NCBI RefSeq assembly: GCF_000014265.1 | Contig: NC_008312.1 | Span: 450,001 to 482,000, forward strand | Source of the DNA: Trichodesmium erythraeum IMS101 | Lineage (GTDB): Bacteria > Cyanobacteriota > Cyanobacteriia > Cyanobacteriales > Microcoleaceae | Reading direction: 5' to 3' | DNA length: 32,000 nt | Shown here: positions 28,266 through 32,000 of the stretch, in pieces | Numbering within the stretch: the stretch's first letter is position 1 | Layout: each line of letters begins with the position of its first letter | The notes under the pieces: model-generated | The model's input: only the letters and a program-made list of their open reading frames with translations | The model's database searches: none | What the model was told of the DNA's origin: nothing | Translations under genes and position numbers: made by a program

Positions 28266-29129
28266 ATGGTCTTTGGGTCAGCTATAGCTGGGGGTACAAG
28301 CTTGGGAGGAGGAGCTGTGGCATTTCCAGTTTTTACCAAAATTCTACACATTCCACCTTCTGATGCTAAAATATTCTCCCTTGCCATTCAAAGTGTAGGT
28401 ATGACTGCTGCTGCCACTACCATTCTTTTAACTGGAATTAAAGTAGAACTACGAGTAATTTTGTGGGGAAGTCTGGGTGGCTTTTTAGGAGTATTTGTAG
28501 GTTCAGCCTTTTTAGCGCCTTTTGTCCCCCCTGATGTGATTAAAATGTCTTTTACTGTTATGCTGACCAGCTTTGCTATTACCTTATTAAAATTAAACCA
28601 AAAGCCAAGAGAATTGTATCAAGTCATGCCAGTTTGGAGAGTGAAAGAGCAGAGAATTTGGTTAATAGTTGGTTTTCTCGGAGGAGTTATGAGTGGTTTA
28701 GTTGGTAGTGGAATTGATGTATTTACGTTTTCTGTAATGGTAGTTTTGTTTGGCCTTTGCGAAAAGGTTGCTACCCCCACTTCTGTCATTCTCATGGCAG
28801 TTAATGCTATAGCTGGATTTATTTTACAGGTCTTTGTCTTTCAGGATTTTATCGACCCAGTGCGTAGTTATTGGTTTGCAGCTATTCCAGTGGTTGTTGT
28901 TGGGGCACCTCTGGGGGCAATATGTTGTAACCTGTTACCTAGAGAAACCATTGCCAATATCCTGATAGGTTTAATTTGTATAGAAGTTATTTCCTCTTTA
29001 CTTGTGATTAACTTAACATTTATAGTTATCTACTCTAGCTTGATAGCTTTAGTGGTATTCTCTTGTTTGAATTACTGGATGTACCGCACAAAAATCTTTG
29101 CTCAAAATCAAAAAGAATATTATGGTTAA
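28266..29129 (+). CDS. TauE/SafE (TSUP, DUF81) family anion permease; the start codon is uncertain
   Basis: 287-aa polytopic membrane ORF. Gly-rich helices are typical of the family (AGGTSLGGGAVAFPVF, then LVGSGIDVFTF in the second half). The frame is open upstream to 28113 without any ATG, GTG or TTG. Confidence 0.65.
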   Translation: MVFGSAIAGGTSLGGGAVAFPVFTKILHIPPSDAKIFSLAIQSVGMTAAATTILLTGIKVELRVILWGSLGGFLGVFVGSAFLAPFVPPDVIKMSFTVMLTSFAITLLKLNQKPRELYQVMPVWRVKEQRIWLIVGFLGGVMSGLVGSGIDVFTFSVMVVLFGLCEKVATPTSVILMAVNAIAGFILQVFVFQDFIDPVRSYWFAAIPVVVVGAPLGAICCNLLPRETIANILIGLICIEVISSLLVINLTFIVIYSSLIALVVFSCLNYWMYRTKIFAQNQKEYYG

Positions 29130-29267
29130 TAACCTTCTAAATAAAAGTATTGAATAATTGCCATAGCAAAATTTCATCAGTATTGCCAATAGTTTTTGGA
29201 TGAGGAAATTACAGATCAAATTGTCACAATATGACCTTTTGTAACAGTTTTATGGAGCAGAAATGCA

Positions 29268-30356
29268 ATGACTATTAAACGTCAGTATAGTTTACCTAAC
29301 TGCAAATTGATTTTGCAAGGCTGGAGTGATACTGGAGAAACTCTTAATTTAAGTCCAGGGCAAGGGCAGGTATTATCTACATTAATGAGTGCTGAATGTC
29401 ATCTTCATGGCCAAGAGTCACCATTGACTGGAGGACGAGATTTTTTTGAAAGTTTGGTGAGAGAAGTTAGTAGCTATACTCAGGAATTTCTGAGTGGAAT
29501 ATCTAGCCCTAAACACCATAGTCAGAGTCCAGAGTTACTGCACTTACAAAAAATAGATGCCAATGTACACAGATTAACACTTTCTGATAGCAATATTTCC
29601 CCTAAAAAACACCAACAACCAGAAAGAATTATTGACTTAACCACAGTTGAATTATTTGATCTTGTTGAGGCGATCGACCAATTTATAGCTGATACTCTAA
29701 CTTTACCAGATTTTTCTTTGTCACTCATACCTGTTTCCCGAAAGCTGGCCAACTCAGGGGAACCTCTAGCTTCAAAGGTTATGCCTGCTGCTGTGGGAGT
29801 CTCCGGGCTAGCAATAGCAGCATTAGCTTTATTCTTTATACCTATTCCAGAAATACAACGTCCCAAAGATCCTCAACCAAAATCAAATGATAGCGAGAGC
29901 GTAGATAATTTAGAGACATCCCCTACCGGTACCCCAGAACCGGGTTTTAATCAGACTCCCACCCCGAAAAGTCGGGAATATTCTCCCGAGTCAACTACTA
30001 ATAATTCATATGAAAAGAAACTATCTGAAAAAAATTTAGAGTCATCTTTAACTACCAGTTCAGAAATTACTGATGCAAAAGAGATTGAAAGATTACAGAA
30101 TTTACTATCTAAAACAATTAATAATAATTGGAGAACAGAAATAAACACAAATTTGATTTATCGTGTCAAGGTCGCTGCCGATGGTTCTATTATTGGGTAC
30201 AAACCAATAAGTTCTACTGCGGCTGATGAAGTGGATAAAGTTCCTCTGCCAGATCTATTAAACCAACAAGCACTAAGTCGAGATAATAATCAATCTACGA
30301 CTGAGTTTAAGGTGTTGTTTACCAAACAAGGTTTCGTAGAAGTAGAACCCTGGTAA
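29268..30356 (+). CDS. DUF4335-like cyanobacterial protein (N-terminal conserved domain, one TM helix, S/T/P-rich linker, C-terminal domain)
   Basis: 362 aa. The N-terminus MTIKRQYSLPNCKLILQGWSD matches, from memory, the characteristic RxYSLPNCxLxLxG start of DUF4335 proteins. There is a central hydrophobic helix (AAVGVSGLAIAALALFFIPI). The antisense ORFs at 29522 and 29951 are rejected. Confidence 0.55.
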   Translation: MTIKRQYSLPNCKLILQGWSDTGETLNLSPGQGQVLSTLMSAECHLHGQESPLTGGRDFFESLVREVSSYTQEFLSGISSPKHHSQSPELLHLQKIDANVHRLTLSDSNISPKKHQQPERIIDLTTVELFDLVEAIDQFIADTLTLPDFSLSLIPVSRKLANSGEPLASKVMPAAVGVSGLAIAALALFFIPIPEIQRPKDPQPKSNDSESVDNLETSPTGTPEPGFNQTPTPKSREYSPESTTNNSYEKKLSEKNLESSLTTSSEITDAKEIERLQNLLSKTINNNWRTEINTNLIYRVKVAADGSIIGYKPISSTAADEVDKVPLPDLLNQQALSRDNNQSTTEFKVLFTKQGFVEVEPW

Positions 30357-30487
30357 ATATAGCTGAAGTCAGATGTTAAACTAGCAGCATCAATTAAATT
30401 TGAGAGCTGTGAAAATGTCTGTCTTAGTAATGGCGACTGATATATAGAAATCATTTGGTATTTTTGCCAACATTAAGTTTTTTGAGT

Positions 30488-30508
30488 AGGAGTCAGGAGT
30501 CAGGAGTA
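30488..30508. repeat. STRR-like heptamer repeat AGGAGTC x2 plus AGGAGTA
   Basis: Direct reading: aggagtc aggagtc aggagta in the intergenic region upstream of the OmpA-domain gene. The same motif occurs at 5475-5488. Confidence 0.55.
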
Positions 30509-30644
30509 GGGAAAAAAAGGGTTGGGTAAAGTGAGGAAGAAATTATGAAAGAGGAATTTTTTTCCTCAAAACTTATACTTAAAAAACTAATTTTCCCAAA
30601 ATCAGATCTAAAGCTAAATTAAAAATATCGCCAATAAAAAAACT

Positions 30645-31508
30645 GTGAGTAAATTGTCTCCTGATCGAATTCCCCCTAATTCTCCGGGGATAGGTGTGTT
30701 AATACTATCCTTGATATTTCGCTTGTTAGTGCTTGGGATAGCTAGCAGTTTTTCCTGGGTGCTGGGAATGGCGATCGCTTTTCAATATCCCTCTACTTCT
30801 CAAAAGGTACCCATAGCAGAAAAACTCCTTAATAATTTTAAGAGTAGAGTATCTGAAAAACAGTTGCCCCTAGTTTCAACTACTCCTCCTGCACCTATTT
30901 TAGAAACTATAAAACCCCGCGTTCAACTCACTGAGGCAGAAAAAATTGAGTTAGAAACAGAACTGAAACAATTACAAGCACAGCTCAAAACTCTTATTGT
31001 TCGTACTACAGCTATAGAAAATAAACTAAATATCACTAGAGGTGATATAGATCTAGAAACCAGGTTAAATATAATTGCTCAAGAGTTAGCTGCTCCCCCT
31101 TCTGCAAATAAAAATAAACAGAGAAATCAATATTCTTCACCAGTTTTGACTAAAGCTGACATGGTGACTCTTCCTAGCGATATTTTGTTTGAGTCGGGTA
31201 GTAATAAAATTCGTTTTGATGGCAGAGTTATTGTAGATAATTTAATTCGTGAATTGAGAAATTATCAAGATGTAATAATTAGCGTTTCTGGTTATACTGA
31301 TAATAGAGGAAAAGCAAAAGTCAATCTAGAAAAGTCATTTTTACAAGCTGAAGTAATAGCAGAATATTTATCAAAAAAATTAGGTCAGGGTTATCGTCTG
31401 TTAGCTATTGGTTATGGAGAGTCTCGCCCCATCGCAGAAAATGACTCTCAGACTAATAGACAACGTAACCGTCGCATAGAGGTGAAAGTACATCTGAGAA
31501 AAAGGTAA
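30645..31508 (+). CDS. OmpA/MotB-domain protein (N-terminal TM anchor, coiled coil, C-terminal peptidoglycan-binding OmpA-like domain)
   Basis: 287 aa with a GTG start. It has the TM helix GIGVLILSLIFRLLVLGIASSFSWVLGMAIA and a heptad-like segment LTEAEKIELETELKQLQAQLKTL. The C-terminal motifs are LPSDILFESGSNKI....VSGYTDNRG....N..LS..RA..V..YL....GYGES.P...N......NRRIEV. Confidence 0.8.
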   Translation: MSKLSPDRIPPNSPGIGVLILSLIFRLLVLGIASSFSWVLGMAIAFQYPSTSQKVPIAEKLLNNFKSRVSEKQLPLVSTTPPAPILETIKPRVQLTEAEKIELETELKQLQAQLKTLIVRTTAIENKLNITRGDIDLETRLNIIAQELAAPPSANKNKQRNQYSSPVLTKADMVTLPSDILFESGSNKIRFDGRVIVDNLIRELRNYQDVIISVSGYTDNRGKAKVNLEKSFLQAEVIAEYLSKKLGQGYRLLAIGYGESRPIAENDSQTNRQRNRRIEVKVHLRKR

Positions 31509-31594
31509 GGAGTTTGAAATATGAATTTATCCCACTAATACTAAAACGATGATATTATGATAAGCGTTACTAAGTATATGTAAATTGAAAGAAA

Positions 31595-31704
31595 ATGCCA
31601 GGTAGATTTAAGAATTAAGTAACATAGAATGGAAGTTATTTGAAGATATTTTTCCTATTTCACCAGAAAAAAGAGGTAAAGGTATGTCTCATCTCACGGG
31701 GTGA
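31595..31704 (+). pseudogene. Short 5' fragment of an IS5-family (IS427/IS1031-like, orfA-type) transposase gene
   Basis: MPGRFKN* is followed, after a frame change, by SNIEWKLFEDIFPISPEKRGKGMSHLTG*. The L-[ST]-[DN]-x-[EQ]-W-x-L-[FI]-E-x-[IL]-[FL]-P...RG+G pattern is typical of the N-terminus of these transposases. Nothing recognisable follows. Confidence 0.45.
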
Positions 31705-32000
31705 CAAGCAAGCTGGAAAATAGATGTATCAAAGTTTTTACAGGTTTAACTGAATAATAGTCCAAGTCAAATAGAAAACTGCTTGAGAGTATAGTAGCTT
31801 TTGGCTTGAATTATATGTTTTTTCTTAGATATTTTATGATGGTTTTATCCAAGAATGGGTAGAAAATTTAATGAGGCTAAATTATCATAAGTTACCCTAT
31901 TATAAAAAATGAATTCAAGCCATCTCAAAGATTAATACACTGTACAATTGTTGATTTTTTATGACTAATTAAAATTAATAAGAGTTACCTTTTTTCTAAT

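Noticed and set aside
29522-30148. ORFs at 29522-29866 (-) and 29951-30148 (-)
   Set aside because: They are antisense to the DUF4335-like gene, which has the family-typical N-terminus.

Overview
This is an AT-rich cyanobacterial chromosome segment. I count 14 exact HIP1 palindromes (GCGATCGC), and there are STRR-like heptamer repeats. The gene content looks like a filamentous, Nostocales-type genome.

Most of the window is ordinary housekeeping. It holds a partial class-I aminotransferase, a DUF89/ARMT1-like phosphatase, an M1 aminopeptidase with a HEAT-repeat tail, pgsA, an ABC-F ATPase, a TenA-family protein, a cyclophilin and a flavodiiron protein. It also holds a 1904-aa alpha-2-macroglobulin homologue, moaA, a TauE/SafE-type permease, a DUF4335-like protein and an OmpA-domain protein. 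Gene relics are interspersed: a multiply disrupted WD40 gene, two transposase fragments and a broken caspase/TPR-like gene.

The clear anomaly is a 4.1-kb array at 20851-24938 of about 24.8 copies of a 165-bp (55-codon) unit in perfect register, with no indels. It sits inside the broken caspase/TPR-like gene. On the + strand every unit reads as plausible TPR-like, charged protein sequence but carries one fixed in-frame TAG. In 19 of 25 units an ATG follows 6 nt later, which gives 16 intact 52-codon mini-ORFs. On the - strand a Met-free hydrophobic frame stays open for up to 775 codons.

I cannot tell from sequence alone whether this is an inert satellite-like expansion in a dead gene, a battery of tandem small ORFs, or something else. 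I see no CRISPR array, tRNA, rRNA, intact mobile element or recognisable defence or biosynthetic operon.
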